Below are positions 30,029 through 38,569 of a DNA stretch of 64,000 bases, one piece after another. This DNA is from Gemmatimonadota bacterium (GTDB taxonomy: Bacteria > Gemmatimonadota > Gemmatimonadetes > Longimicrobiales > Gaopeijiaceae). The notes below the pieces were generated by a model. The model was not told the DNA's origin. It made no database searches and was given only the letters and a program-made list of their open reading frames with translations. The position numbers and the translations under genes were made by a program. The first letter of the stretch is position 1, and every line of letters begins with the position of its first letter. The stretch is taken from contig JBBEBG010000026.1 of assembly GCA_040882465.1 (NCBI GenBank), positions 195,974 through 259,973 of the forward strand, read 5' to 3'.

Positions 30029-30823
30029 TCAAGGCGCACCCAGCCCCGCGATCTCCTCGCGAATCTCTCGTAGCGCGCGAAGATGATCGGGACTCCACAT
30101 CGCCACCACCACCCCTTCCTCGTCCGGCAGCTCCCCAAGCCCCGTCCCGCGCGACCGCCGCACCCGGTCCATGATCAGGTCGCGGATCTCCGCGGGGTCG
30201 TCGATCCCCTCCATGATCGCCTTGTTTCCGACCGCGTACCGATTCGCCTCCCCGGGCCCCGCGGCTCCGGCCGTCTCGATGACGATCGTCCAGATTCCGA
30301 AGAAGTACTGCAAAGGCCCCCGTGTCAGATGGACATTCTGCACGTTCTCGAAAGTGATGGTGTGTTCGAGGATGTTCCAGATTCCTCGGCGGCAGCGGAG
30401 GCTCCGGGCATTCATCACATACCACATCGTGTCGTACTTCAGGTGGACCGCCACGTACGCCACGACGTCCGGGACGATCGCGAGCACCAGGGCCGGTGCG
30501 GCGAGGATCACTCCCATCTCGCGATCCGCGATAAAGATGCCGAGCCAGGCGAGGCCGATGAGCGCATCGATCGCGAGCGCGGCAACCCAGAAGTAGAGCT
30601 TCAGGTACCGGAGATAACTCCGCGACGGATGAAAGCTCCGGGGCACGTCTCCTGGGAGACTCGGGAGCTCCGGAGGCGCCCCGGGGATCTTGAAGGCGCT
30701 CGAGAGCCGTTTCCAGAGTCCGCGATAGACCCACTCCGCCGCCCGCTCGACGCCGCGGCGATCAGACTCTTCGTGCGTGACCGCGTTCGGCCCTCGACCT
30801 TGGGCGCGATCCGCGCCGCTCAT
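30029..30823 (-). CDS. bPH_2 (bacterial PH, YdbT-like) membrane protein
   Basis: Two TMs then a bPH_2-like domain (ITFENVQNVHLTRGPLQYFFGIWTIVIETAG). ATGA overlap with the upstream bPH_2 gene. Confidence 0.65.
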   Translation of the reverse strand: MSGADRAQGRGPNAVTHEESDRRGVERAAEWVYRGLWKRLSSAFKIPGAPPELPSLPGDVPRSFHPSRSYLRYLKLYFWVAALAIDALIGLAWLGIFIADREMGVILAAPALVLAIVPDVVAYVAVHLKYDTMWYVMNARSLRCRRGIWNILEHTITFENVQNVHLTRGPLQYFFGIWTIVIETAGAAGPGEANRYAVGNKAIMEGIDDPAEIRDLIMDRVRRSRGTGLGELPDEEGVVVAMWSPDHLRALREIREEIAGLGAP

Positions 30824-31320
30824 GACCCCGATCCGGACGTGTTGGAGGACAATGCGCGGAGCGCGTCCCTGATCTCCCGGAGAATGGCGAGCGCCTCGTC
30901 TTCCCCGGACGTTCCCGGTGACCGGACCCCCTCGTCCTCCCTCGCTCCCTTCATCCGTTCATAAAGAAAGTCGCGGAGCGGTTCGGGATTCCGGATCCCC
31001 TCGATCTTCATCGTGGGTCCAGAGGTCCCCGACGCAGTCTGGATGGGCACCTTCGCGAGCCCCATCCATCGCTCCAAGAGGTTTCGATTGACGTGGATGT
31101 CCTGGATTCTCCGGTACGTCAGGTAGACTTCGCGGCGGAAGAAGAAACCCCACGACATCTTCACCCCTTCGTCGTCGAACTCGTACCGAAGGGTCTTGAA
31201 GCGGATGAAGAGAGGAATGAAGACGACCGGGAAGGCGATGAGCGCGCAAAGCGAGACGAGCACGTAATAGGTGAGGAGCGAGTCGTCGGGGCGGGTGATC
31301 GCGCGCGGATCCGTCGTCAT
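30820..31320 (-). CDS. bPH_2 (YdbS-like) membrane protein
   Basis: Start at internal ATG (MTTDPRAITRPDD...) overlapping the stop of the RHH gene (ATGA). TM hairpin then the canonical TYRRIQDIHVNRNLLERWMGLAKVPIQTASG. Confidence 0.65.
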   Translation of the reverse strand: MTTDPRAITRPDDSLLTYYVLVSLCALIAFPVVFIPLFIRFKTLRYEFDDEGVKMSWGFFFRREVYLTYRRIQDIHVNRNLLERWMGLAKVPIQTASGTSGPTMKIEGIRNPEPLRDFLYERMKGAREDEGVRSPGTSGEDEALAILREIRDALRALSSNTSGSGS

Positions 31321-31520
31321 TTCACCTCGCCTCCTTTCCGAGCTTCGATGGTTGTCTCGCCCTTCGATCCCGCCTTCAGCCGACCGGCCTCCTTCAGAGC
31401 CCTGCGAAGAATGAACTCGATCTGACCGTTCACGCTCCGGAGCTCGTCGTCCGCCCAACGGCGCACGGCGTCGAGCGTCTTCGGGTCGACCCGAATCAGG
31501 AAGGCGTCGCGCTCGGCCAC
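31317..31520 (-). CDS. Arc/MetJ-type ribbon-helix-helix DNA-binding protein
   Basis: 67 aa. FLIRVDPKTLDAVRRWADDELRSVNGQIEFILRRALKE matches the Arc-family RHH pattern (beta-strand + two helices). Confidence 0.6.
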   Translation of the reverse strand: MAERDAFLIRVDPKTLDAVRRWADDELRSVNGQIEFILRRALKEAGRLKAGSKGETTIEARKGGEVK

Positions 31521-31529
31521 CGGACTCGC

Positions 31530-32471
31530 TTACGAGTAGAGGGACCCGGTATTCACTACGGGCTGAACATGCCGATCGCTGCAAAGGACGACGAGGAGGT
31601 TCGACACCATGGCCGCCTTTCGCTCGTCGTCGAGGGTGACGATCCGGTCCGCCTCGAGCTGTTCGAGGGCCATCTGGACCATTCCGACCGCCCCCTCCAC
31701 GATCCTCGTCCGCGCCGCTACGACCGCGCCGGCCTGCTGGCGCTGGAGCATCGCCGCTGCGATCTCGGGAGCATACGCCAGATGGCTGATTCTCGCCTCC
31801 ATGACCTCAACGCCCGCCCGCTCGAGTCTCTCCTGGATGTCGGCCCGGAGCTGATCGGAGATGTCCCCCGTATTCCCGCGCAGCGAGACCTCGTGGTCCT
31901 CGCTGTCATAAGGGTGCCGGCTCGCGAGGTTCCGGAGCGCCGATTCGCTCTGGGTTGCGACATAACCCTCGTAATCCTCCACCTCGAGAAGCGCTTCGGC
32001 CGTTTCCACCACGCGCCAGACGACGATCGCGGAGATCTCGATCGGGTTTCCGTCGCGGTCGTTCACCTTGGAAGGTTTTCCGCCAGTACGTCCATGTGTC
32101 TTCACGACCGAGCCCGAAGCCGACTTCTCTTCGTGTTGTGTCGCCGTGGAACCCGTCTCGAAGTTTCGAATTCGGAGAGAGACCTTCTTCTTCGAGAAGA
32201 AGGGATTCACCCAGTAGAAGCCGGACTCCTTCACGGAGCCCTTGTAGAGGCCGAAGAGAAGGAGGACGCGCGCCTGATTCGGGGCGATCGCCATGAAGCC
32301 GAAGAGGCTGACGACACCGGCCGGCATGAGGAGCAATCCGGCGACGATTGCGGGCCAGAATCCGGTGATCCCCCCGTACGCGATGACCGCAGGGCTGCCG
32401 GCGATCATCACGATGCAGGCGAAGAGGGCGGGCCATCCGGAGCGAGGTCGAACGGGAATTTCTCTGACCAT
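31530..32471 (-). CDS. SPFH/band-7 (stomatin-prohibitin-flotillin) domain protein
   Basis: N-terminal TMs then SPFH core (NPFFSKKKVSLRIRNFETG...IEISAIVVWRVVETAEALLEVEDYEGYVATQSESALRNLAS). RBS AAGGAGAG lies 9 nt upstream of the ATG. Confidence 0.8.
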   Translation of the reverse strand: MVREIPVRPRSGWPALFACIVMIAGSPAVIAYGGITGFWPAIVAGLLLMPAGVVSLFGFMAIAPNQARVLLLFGLYKGSVKESGFYWVNPFFSKKKVSLRIRNFETGSTATQHEEKSASGSVVKTHGRTGGKPSKVNDRDGNPIEISAIVVWRVVETAEALLEVEDYEGYVATQSESALRNLASRHPYDSEDHEVSLRGNTGDISDQLRADIQERLERAGVEVMEARISHLAYAPEIAAAMLQRQQAGAVVAARTRIVEGAVGMVQMALEQLEADRIVTLDDERKAAMVSNLLVVLCSDRHVQPVVNTGSLYS

Positions 32472-32514
32472 GGGAGAGGCTCTCCTTGGGATACGTTATC
32501 GTTATACTATCTTT

Positions 32515-32526
32515 ATGATATCATAC
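32515..32526 (-). promoter_or_regulatory. perfect 12-bp palindrome TATGATATCATA in the AT-rich promoter of the SPFH-RHH-bPH2-bPH2 operon
   Basis: On the minus strand: TTGACC, 17 nt, then the palindrome (covering the -10 position), then AAGGAGAG, then ATG 32471. A tandem CGTTATCGTTAT lies immediately downstream. Confidence 0.5.
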
Positions 32527-32790
32527 CCTCCGGCTCCCGGTCAACCTTGCCGTTCAGCTCTCGGCCTGCCGCCTCGGCCTGCATCCAGTCAACCTGTCCC
32601 AAACTCCCATGGACGCTCTTTCGAGCCGCGAAGTCCCGCGGTCCGAGACCGCCCCGCGGAAGCCCACCATGAACCCTGGCGTGGCCCCTGAGCCTCGTCG
32701 AGCATAGCGGACCTTCGGAATTTCGAATTCGAGGCCGCCGTTGTCGCTTGAAGCCCCCTTTCCGGGCCTCGAAAATTCGCCACTTACATT

Positions 32791-34188
32791 GTGATCGAGC
32801 GGACTTCAGCCCGGCGCGCCCTTGCCCCGGGCCGAACCATTCCTCACGATGCCGAGCCCCCATCCATGATCCAGATCGCGTCGCACTCGACCTCCGATCC
32901 GCGTGCCGAAGGCCTCACCGCGACTCCACTCACGACGTGCGCAAACAATCTGTCGAGTCTCGGCGATGAGATCGCGGCGCTGGCCGTCCACCTGGACGCC
33001 GCGAAGTACCGGCTGCTCGTACGGCTGCGCGAATTCGACGAAAAAGAAGGATGGGCGGGATTTCGGAGCTGCGCTCATTGGCTGAGCTGGCGGACATCGC
33101 TCGCGCCCGGGGCGGCGAGAGAGCAGGTACGCGTGGCTCGAGCGCTGGGAGATCTGCCCCTCCTGAGCGAGGAAATGCGTGTGGGCCGCGTCTCTTATTC
33201 GAAGGCACGCGCGCTCACGAGAGTCGCGAACCGGGAGAATGAAGCGAACCTCGTGCAGTTCGCGAAGCACGCCACGGCGACCCAAGTGGAAAGGCTGGTG
33301 CGGGGCTGGCGCCAGGTGGACCGCTCGAAAGAGGTCGAAGAGGAGCGGGCGCGCCATCGAGGCCGCAGCCTGACCCTCTTTCCCGATGCCGACGGAAGTT
33401 GGGTGGTGCGGGGCCGATTGGACCCCGAAGTGGGAGCGTTGCTCCAGAAGGCTGTGGAGGCGGCAGCGGAGATTCTTGATGCGAGGAAGGAGCGGGTCTC
33501 GGATGCAAACTACGCCCCCGTCGAAGAACAACCCGCTCTCGAGCGCCGGTGGGCCGATGCCCTCGGGCTCGTTGCAGAGGCTGCGTTGGGGGAAGGGATA
33601 GACCAGCGTGACCCGGGGCCCCGAGAGGTGGGGTCACCACGCTTGGAGGTCGAGAGCGGGCACCGATCGACAAGAGCGGGGCGGCGCGCGGATCGATTCC
33701 AGGTCGTCATCCATGTGATGCCTGACGATCTTCGCACCCCAGGCAGAGGCGCCGAACTGTCCGCCTGCGGAGGGTTAAGGGCGGGCCTGGATCCAGGAAC
33801 CGGACTTCCCGGACGCCTCCTCGGAGACGACACGCGCGTCTCCGCGGAGACGTGTCGGCGAATCGCCTGCGACGCGAGCCTCGTCCCTATGGTGCGTGGA
33901 AAGGTCGCTTCGGCGGCGGTCAACGCCCCGAACGGCGTGCTCGACGTGGGGAGACGGCGCCGGACCGTCCCGCCGGCCCTTCGCCGGGCACTCGAAGCCC
34001 GCGACGGGGGGTGCCGGTTTCCCGGGTGCGGCGTGAGTCTCCGTTGGTGCGACGCGCACCATGTCATGCACTGGGCCGACGGCGGAGCCACGAAGCTCGA
34101 TAACCTCGTCCTCCTTTGCCGCTCATTCCGAAGTCGGCATGATGCTCCGTCCATCACCGAGCGCTCCACGAGGAGGGTTATGAGATGA
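32791..34188 (+). pseudogene. DUF222-family HNH endonuclease (13E12-type), reading frame disrupted near 34120-34145
   Basis: DUF222 N-region and HNH C-x2-C pair (CRFPGCGVSLRWCDAHHVMHWADGGATKLDNLVLLC). The expected HH..H tail (CSVHHRALHEEGYEMTLTEGGATQFRQPDG) continues in the -1 frame (ORF 34185..). Removing a 26-nt segment, 34120..34145, restores LLCSVHHRALHEEGY. Confidence 0.6.
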
Positions 34189-34468
34189 CGCTGACGGAGG
34201 GGGGCGCGACGCAATTCCGCCAGCCCGACGGTGCGTTCATTCCCGAGGTGCCCGTCTCCCCACGGGCTCCCGACGACCGGGTCGGAAGCTTTGCGGAGGA
34301 GCACGACAAGATGGGGATCGAAGTCACACCCTGGTCGTCCACTCCGTCCTGGCTCGGCGAGCCCTTCGATCTCGACTGGGCTCTGGGGGCGCTTTGGGTG
34401 CCGCGGGAGGTTGCGGCCTCGGACCCTGAACTGAGGGACGCGAGGGGCCATGCGTGCACCGTGGGAAC

Positions 34469-34732
34469 TCAGGTGGAGTGCTCCTCCGGCTCATCCCACT
34501 CCGCCTCCTCCCAGAACCGGTCTTCAGCCTCGCGGATCTCTTCCTCGTCGAGCGGCTCGTCGTCCGCGGCGACCGAGCCCCCCGTTTCGACTGAGCCTTC
34601 TTCGAGGATCTCGCGGAGAAGTTCGTCGGTCATGACGGGTACCCTTCCCTCGCGGACGTTTCGTACCTGACGCCGCCGGCGCCACCAGGCGAAGACGACC
34701 AGAGCGGCCAGGAGGGCGAGAGCCACGGGAGT
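34469..34732 (-). CDS. small single-TM protein with highly acidic C-terminus (hypothetical)
   Basis: MTPVALALLAALVVFAWWRRRRQ then a D/E-rich tail. It overlaps the out-of-frame tail of the HNH gene, so one of the two readings may be spurious. Confidence 0.35.
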   Translation of the reverse strand, partial: TPVALALLAALVVFAWWRRRRQVRNVREGRVPVMTDELLREILEEGSVETGGSVAADDEPLDEEEIREAEDRFWEEAEWDEPEEHST

Positions 34733-34872
34733 CATACGTAGCGAACACTCATGCACCCCGGCCGGGTCCTCCGAATCCCGATTGTTAGAACGTTCTCCAA
34801 GCCCCATTCTGTGGAGGTTGGCCCCCGGCCATCGATTCGAGCGCCAACGACCCACTCGAACCAGGAGGCCCG

Positions 34873-36327
34873 ATGCCCGCTCTTGACGCCCGCCGCAGAC
34901 TCCGCGCCCTCCCCGCACTTCTCCTCGCCCTCATGTTTCAGGGGTGCGGCGGTGAGCAGGCCCCCGACGCGGCGGCGGACGCATTGCCGGGCATCGAGGT
35001 GATAGCCGAGCTGGTTCCCCCTCCCGGGGTCCCACAGGCACTCGATCGGTCCGAACCCGCGACGGTCATCGTCAACCTCGAGACGAATGAGCAGACGATG
35101 CGGCTGGCGGAAGGGGTGGACTACACCTTCTGGACCTTCGGCGGAAGCGTTCCCGGTCCCTTGATCCGCGTGAGGGTGGGGGACCGCGTAGAGTTCCGGT
35201 TGAGCAATCACCCCTCGAGCCAGAACCCTCACAACATTGACCTCCACGCGGTGAACGGACCGGGCGGCGGGGCGGTCTCCTCGCTGGTTGCGCCCGGACG
35301 GTCCGCCACCTTCGCGTTCAAGGCCCTGAATCCGGGCCTTTACCAGTATCACTGCGCCACGGCGCCCGTGGGTATGCATGTCGCCAACGGGATGTACGGC
35401 CTCATCCTCGTCGAACCCGAGGAGGGGCTTCCTCCGGTGGATCGGGAATACTACGTGATGCAGGGAGAATTCTACACGGCTGGGGCCTATGGCAGCCCCG
35501 GGCTGCAACCATTCGACATGCAGAAGGCGATGGCGGAGGATCCGCCCTATGTGGTCTTCAACGGAGGGGTCGGGGCCCTCTCCGGCACCAATGCACTGAC
35601 CGCCGAGGCCGGCGAGACGGTGCGGCTCTTTGTGGGGAACGGCGGTCCCAACCTCAGCTCCTCTTTCCACGTCATCGGCGAGATCTTCGATCGCGTTTGG
35701 GTGGAGGCGGGGACGATGGTGAATGAAAACGTCCAGACGACGATGATCCCGGCGGGCGGCGCCGCGATCGTCGAATTCGAAACCAACGTTCCAGGTGATT
35801 TCCTCCTCGTGGATCACGCGCTTTTCCGGGCGTTCAACAAGGGAGCGCTCGCGATTCTCGACGTGGGCGGCGCCGACGGCGAAACGGTGTATTCGGGGCA
35901 GATCACGGAAGGTGTCTACGAACCCGAAGGAGGCGCGATTCAGAGCTTCGCGGCGGCCCCTCCCCCGCCCACCGTGGCGGCGTCGGTTGAGGAACGGATC
36001 ACTCTCGGGAGCGCCATTTACACGCAAAGTTGCGTCGCTTGTCACCAGGCCACCGGCACGGGGTTGGGCGACGTATTCCCGCCCGTCGCCGGCTCGGACT
36101 ATCTGAATGCGAACGTGGCCCGCGCGATCCGCACGGTTACGAACGGTCTCTCGGGACCGATCACGGTCAATGGAATCGAATACCAGGGGCAGATGCCCCC
36201 GCTCGGACTCACCGACGAGCAGGTCGCGAACGTGTTGACCTACGTCTATAGCCAGTGGGGGAACTCGGGCGCCGTGGTCACGCCGGAGGAGGTGCGGGCG
36301 GCGCGATTCGTGACCGTCCCTAACTGA
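34873..36327 (+). CDS. nirK: copper-containing nitrite reductase with C-terminal cytochrome c domain
   Basis: Lipobox LMFQGC. Type-1/type-2 Cu ligands (HNIDLHA...YQYHCATAPVGMHVANGMYG). C-terminal CVACH haem motif. Confidence 0.9.
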   Translation: MPALDARRRLRALPALLLALMFQGCGGEQAPDAAADALPGIEVIAELVPPPGVPQALDRSEPATVIVNLETNEQTMRLAEGVDYTFWTFGGSVPGPLIRVRVGDRVEFRLSNHPSSQNPHNIDLHAVNGPGGGAVSSLVAPGRSATFAFKALNPGLYQYHCATAPVGMHVANGMYGLILVEPEEGLPPVDREYYVMQGEFYTAGAYGSPGLQPFDMQKAMAEDPPYVVFNGGVGALSGTNALTAEAGETVRLFVGNGGPNLSSSFHVIGEIFDRVWVEAGTMVNENVQTTMIPAGGAAIVEFETNVPGDFLLVDHALFRAFNKGALAILDVGGADGETVYSGQITEGVYEPEGGAIQSFAAAPPPPTVAASVEERITLGSAIYTQSCVACHQATGTGLGDVFPPVAGSDYLNANVARAIRTVTNGLSGPITVNGIEYQGQMPPLGLTDEQVANVLTYVYSQWGNSGAVVTPEEVRAARFVTVPN

Positions 36328-36386
36328 CCTCGGTTGAGCCGGGCGACGGCAGCGGCATTCATGCTTTAGACAGCATCACGCGGCTC

Positions 36387-36428
36387 TTGACGTTTTCGTC
36401 ACGGAGACGTATATAACCAGTTAGTTAT
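36387..36428 (+). promoter_or_regulatory. arsR promoter TTGACG-17-TATATA with overlapping imperfect palindrome ATAACCAGTTAGTTAT
   Basis: Read directly. 31 nt upstream of the ArsR ATG (36459). Confidence 0.45.
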
Positions 36429-36458
36429 GTATCACGACCACTACTCTCAGCCGACTCG

Positions 36459-36836
36459 ATGAAGCCTGCCGGGCGCCTCGACGCCACCTTCTTCGCCCTG
36501 GCGGACCCGACCCGTCGTGCGATCCTCGCGCGCCTCGCGAAGGGGGAAGCGGCCGTGAACGAGTTGGTGGCGCCATTCGAGATGAGCCAGCCGGCGATCT
36601 CGAAACATCTCAAGGTACTCGAGCGCGCGGGCCTCGTGTCGGTGGGATACGACGGACAGCGCCGCCCGCGCCGGCTCGAACCGGAGCCGCTCGAAGCCGC
36701 CACGGAGTGGATCGAGCGCCACCGGGAGGTCTGGGAAGCGAACTATCAGAGGCTCGACGCCCTGCTCGCGGAGCTCCAGGCCGTGTCGCCCGCGAGGCAG
36801 AAGCACGAGTCTCGCCGTCCCCGCTCAGGAGCCTGA
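36459..36836 (+). CDS. ArsR/SmtB-family transcriptional regulator
   Basis: LADPTRRAILARLAKGEAAVNELVAPFEMSQPAISKHLKVLERAGLV is the ArsR HTH. Confidence 0.85.
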   Translation: MKPAGRLDATFFALADPTRRAILARLAKGEAAVNELVAPFEMSQPAISKHLKVLERAGLVSVGYDGQRRPRRLEPEPLEAATEWIERHREVWEANYQRLDALLAELQAVSPARQKHESRRPRSGA

Positions 36837-36838
36837 CC

Positions 36839-37279
36839 ATGTCGAAGATCACCCCCTTTCTCTGGTTCAAAGTCCCGCTCGACGAACCGATCGCGTACTA
36901 CCGATCCATCTTCAAGAACTTCCGCTTGCTCCACGACTCGCCCCAGATGGCGTCCTTCGCGATCGAGGGCCAGCGGTTCCACGCCCTGTACGGCGGCCGC
37001 CATCACGACTTCAACGACGCGGTGTCCTTCTTCATCGACTGCGAGGACCAGGAGGAGGTGGACTACTTCTGGTCACGTCTCTCGGCAGACGGCGGTGCCG
37101 AGAGTCGGTGCGGCTGGCTGAAGGACAAGTACGGCCTCGCGTGGCAGGTCATCCCGAAGGCCCTGATGCAGTATCTCAGCGATTCCGACCGGGCCAGAGC
37201 CGAGCGCGTGACCCAGGCGATGCTGAAGATGAAGAAGATCGACGTGCCCGATCTCGACCGCGCCGCCGCGGCCGGCTGA
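36839..37279 (+). CDS. VOC-family protein (PhnB / 3-demethylubiquinone-9 3-methyltransferase-like)
   Basis: Start at ATG 36839, immediately after the ArsR stop. MSKITPFLWFKVPLDEPIAYYRSIFKNF... Confidence 0.75.
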   Translation: MSKITPFLWFKVPLDEPIAYYRSIFKNFRLLHDSPQMASFAIEGQRFHALYGGRHHDFNDAVSFFIDCEDQEEVDYFWSRLSADGGAESRCGWLKDKYGLAWQVIPKALMQYLSDSDRARAERVTQAMLKMKKIDVPDLDRAAAAG

Positions 37280-37301
37280 GCGGCTCAAGCGGAGATTTTG
37301 C

Positions 37302-37817
37302 ATGCCGACGAAACCCGAAGGTGCCCAGGTGTCGCTTCCGAGCGACCGCGAAGTCCTCGTCACGCGCGTTTTTTCCGCGCCGCGTGCGCTCGTCTACACA
37401 GCCTACACGACGCCCGACTTGGTCCGAAGGTGGCTCCTGGGACCCCCTGGGTGGACGATGCCGGTCTGCGAGATGGATGTCCGCGTGGGAGGCAAGTTCC
37501 GGTGGCTCTGGAAGTCGGAGAAGGACGGGAGCCAGTTCGGCTTTCACGGGGAGTTCAAGGAGTTGGAAGTGCCCGCCCTGATCCGGCACACCGAGATCTA
37601 CGATCCCGGCGACGTCGGAGGGAGCATGAGGGAGGCCGGCGAGGCGATGATCACGGTGTCCTTCGAGGAGCGAGGTGGCGTCACCACTCTCACGACGCGG
37701 ATGGACTTCGGATCGAAGGAGGCGAGAGACGCCGCCATGGCGACCGGAATGACGGACGGGATGGAGATGAGCTACCAGCTCCTGGATGCGCTGCTAGGAG
37801 AGCGCTCGGCAGGCTGA
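37302..37817 (+). CDS. SRPBCC (AHSA1-like) domain protein
   Basis: REVLVTRVFSAPRALVYTAYTTPDLVRRWLLGPPGWTMPVCEMDVRVGGKFRW is the AHSA1/SRPBCC fold commonly encoded next to ArsR. Confidence 0.8.
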   Translation: MPTKPEGAQVSLPSDREVLVTRVFSAPRALVYTAYTTPDLVRRWLLGPPGWTMPVCEMDVRVGGKFRWLWKSEKDGSQFGFHGEFKELEVPALIRHTEIYDPGDVGGSMREAGEAMITVSFEERGGVTTLTTRMDFGSKEARDAAMATGMTDGMEMSYQLLDALLGERSAG

Positions 37818-37993
37818 CGCGGCGCGGCGCGTAGCGGATTGCGCGCGGATTCGAGCCGCTCCATCTTCGGATCGGCGTTCGGGACGCCACCGGTCCGCGG
37901 AAAGGGCTGCGCCCACCTGGAAGGACGAGGAGATCATTCCAACCTCTTTCGGGCCGATCGTGCGGACACCGGCCGATCACGAAGGAGGCAAGC

Positions 37994-38433
37994 ATGTCCG
38001 AGCGTTTCCGCCCTACCCTCCCGCCGCACCCCGATTTCGACCAGCAGAAGAAGCTCGCGAAGGAATTGCTGCGCGCCTTTCGCGCGGGCAAGGTCGAGGC
38101 TCAGGCGCGCATCAGCGAGCAACTGCCCGGTAAGGTGCGAATCACCCTCGCGGACGCCCAATTCGTTCTCGCCCGCGAGTACAACTTCGGGAGTTGGGCA
38201 TGCTCGACGCCGAGCACCACCAGACGCCCGCCGGTTGGTGCTTTTTCGGTTCGCGCCATGGCCCAAACGGAGAGCACGCGGCAGTCGCTCGCCTCCTCTA
38301 TGCTGCGGCCGCTCGGCCGCACGCGAACGACTTCGACGATCCGAGTCCGGCGGTGAGGGCCATGATTGCAGGCGAGGGTGAGTTCCCCTACCGCCTCGCC
38401 GACTCTGGGGAAGCGGAGGAAGAGGAGTCCTGA
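37994..38433 (+). pseudogene. hypothetical protein with apparent +1 frameshift near 38200
   Basis: ORF 37994.. reads MSERF...LADAQFVLAREYNFGSWA, then degenerates into S/T/R junk. The +1 frame from 38200 continues protein-like (LDAEHHQTPAGWCFFGSRHGPNGEHAAVARLLYAAA...EEEES). This may be a sequencing error or a real frameshift. Confidence 0.35.
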
Positions 38434-38569
38434 GCCGGTGCGGGTTGACTCCATCCTCGGGATCGGGCCCTTCGGCGACCGGACCGAGGGGCTCTTTTTT
38501 CTTGGCCGGGGAGCGGCGGCCAGCGAGATTGGCCCCGCGGGACAAATCGTCGGACTGGGAGATCATTCG

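Noticed and set aside
29949-30734. 261-aa minus-strand ORF overlapping the bPH2-B gene
   Set aside because: Alternate frame of a gene with clear domain content. Its translation is R/G/P-rich junk.
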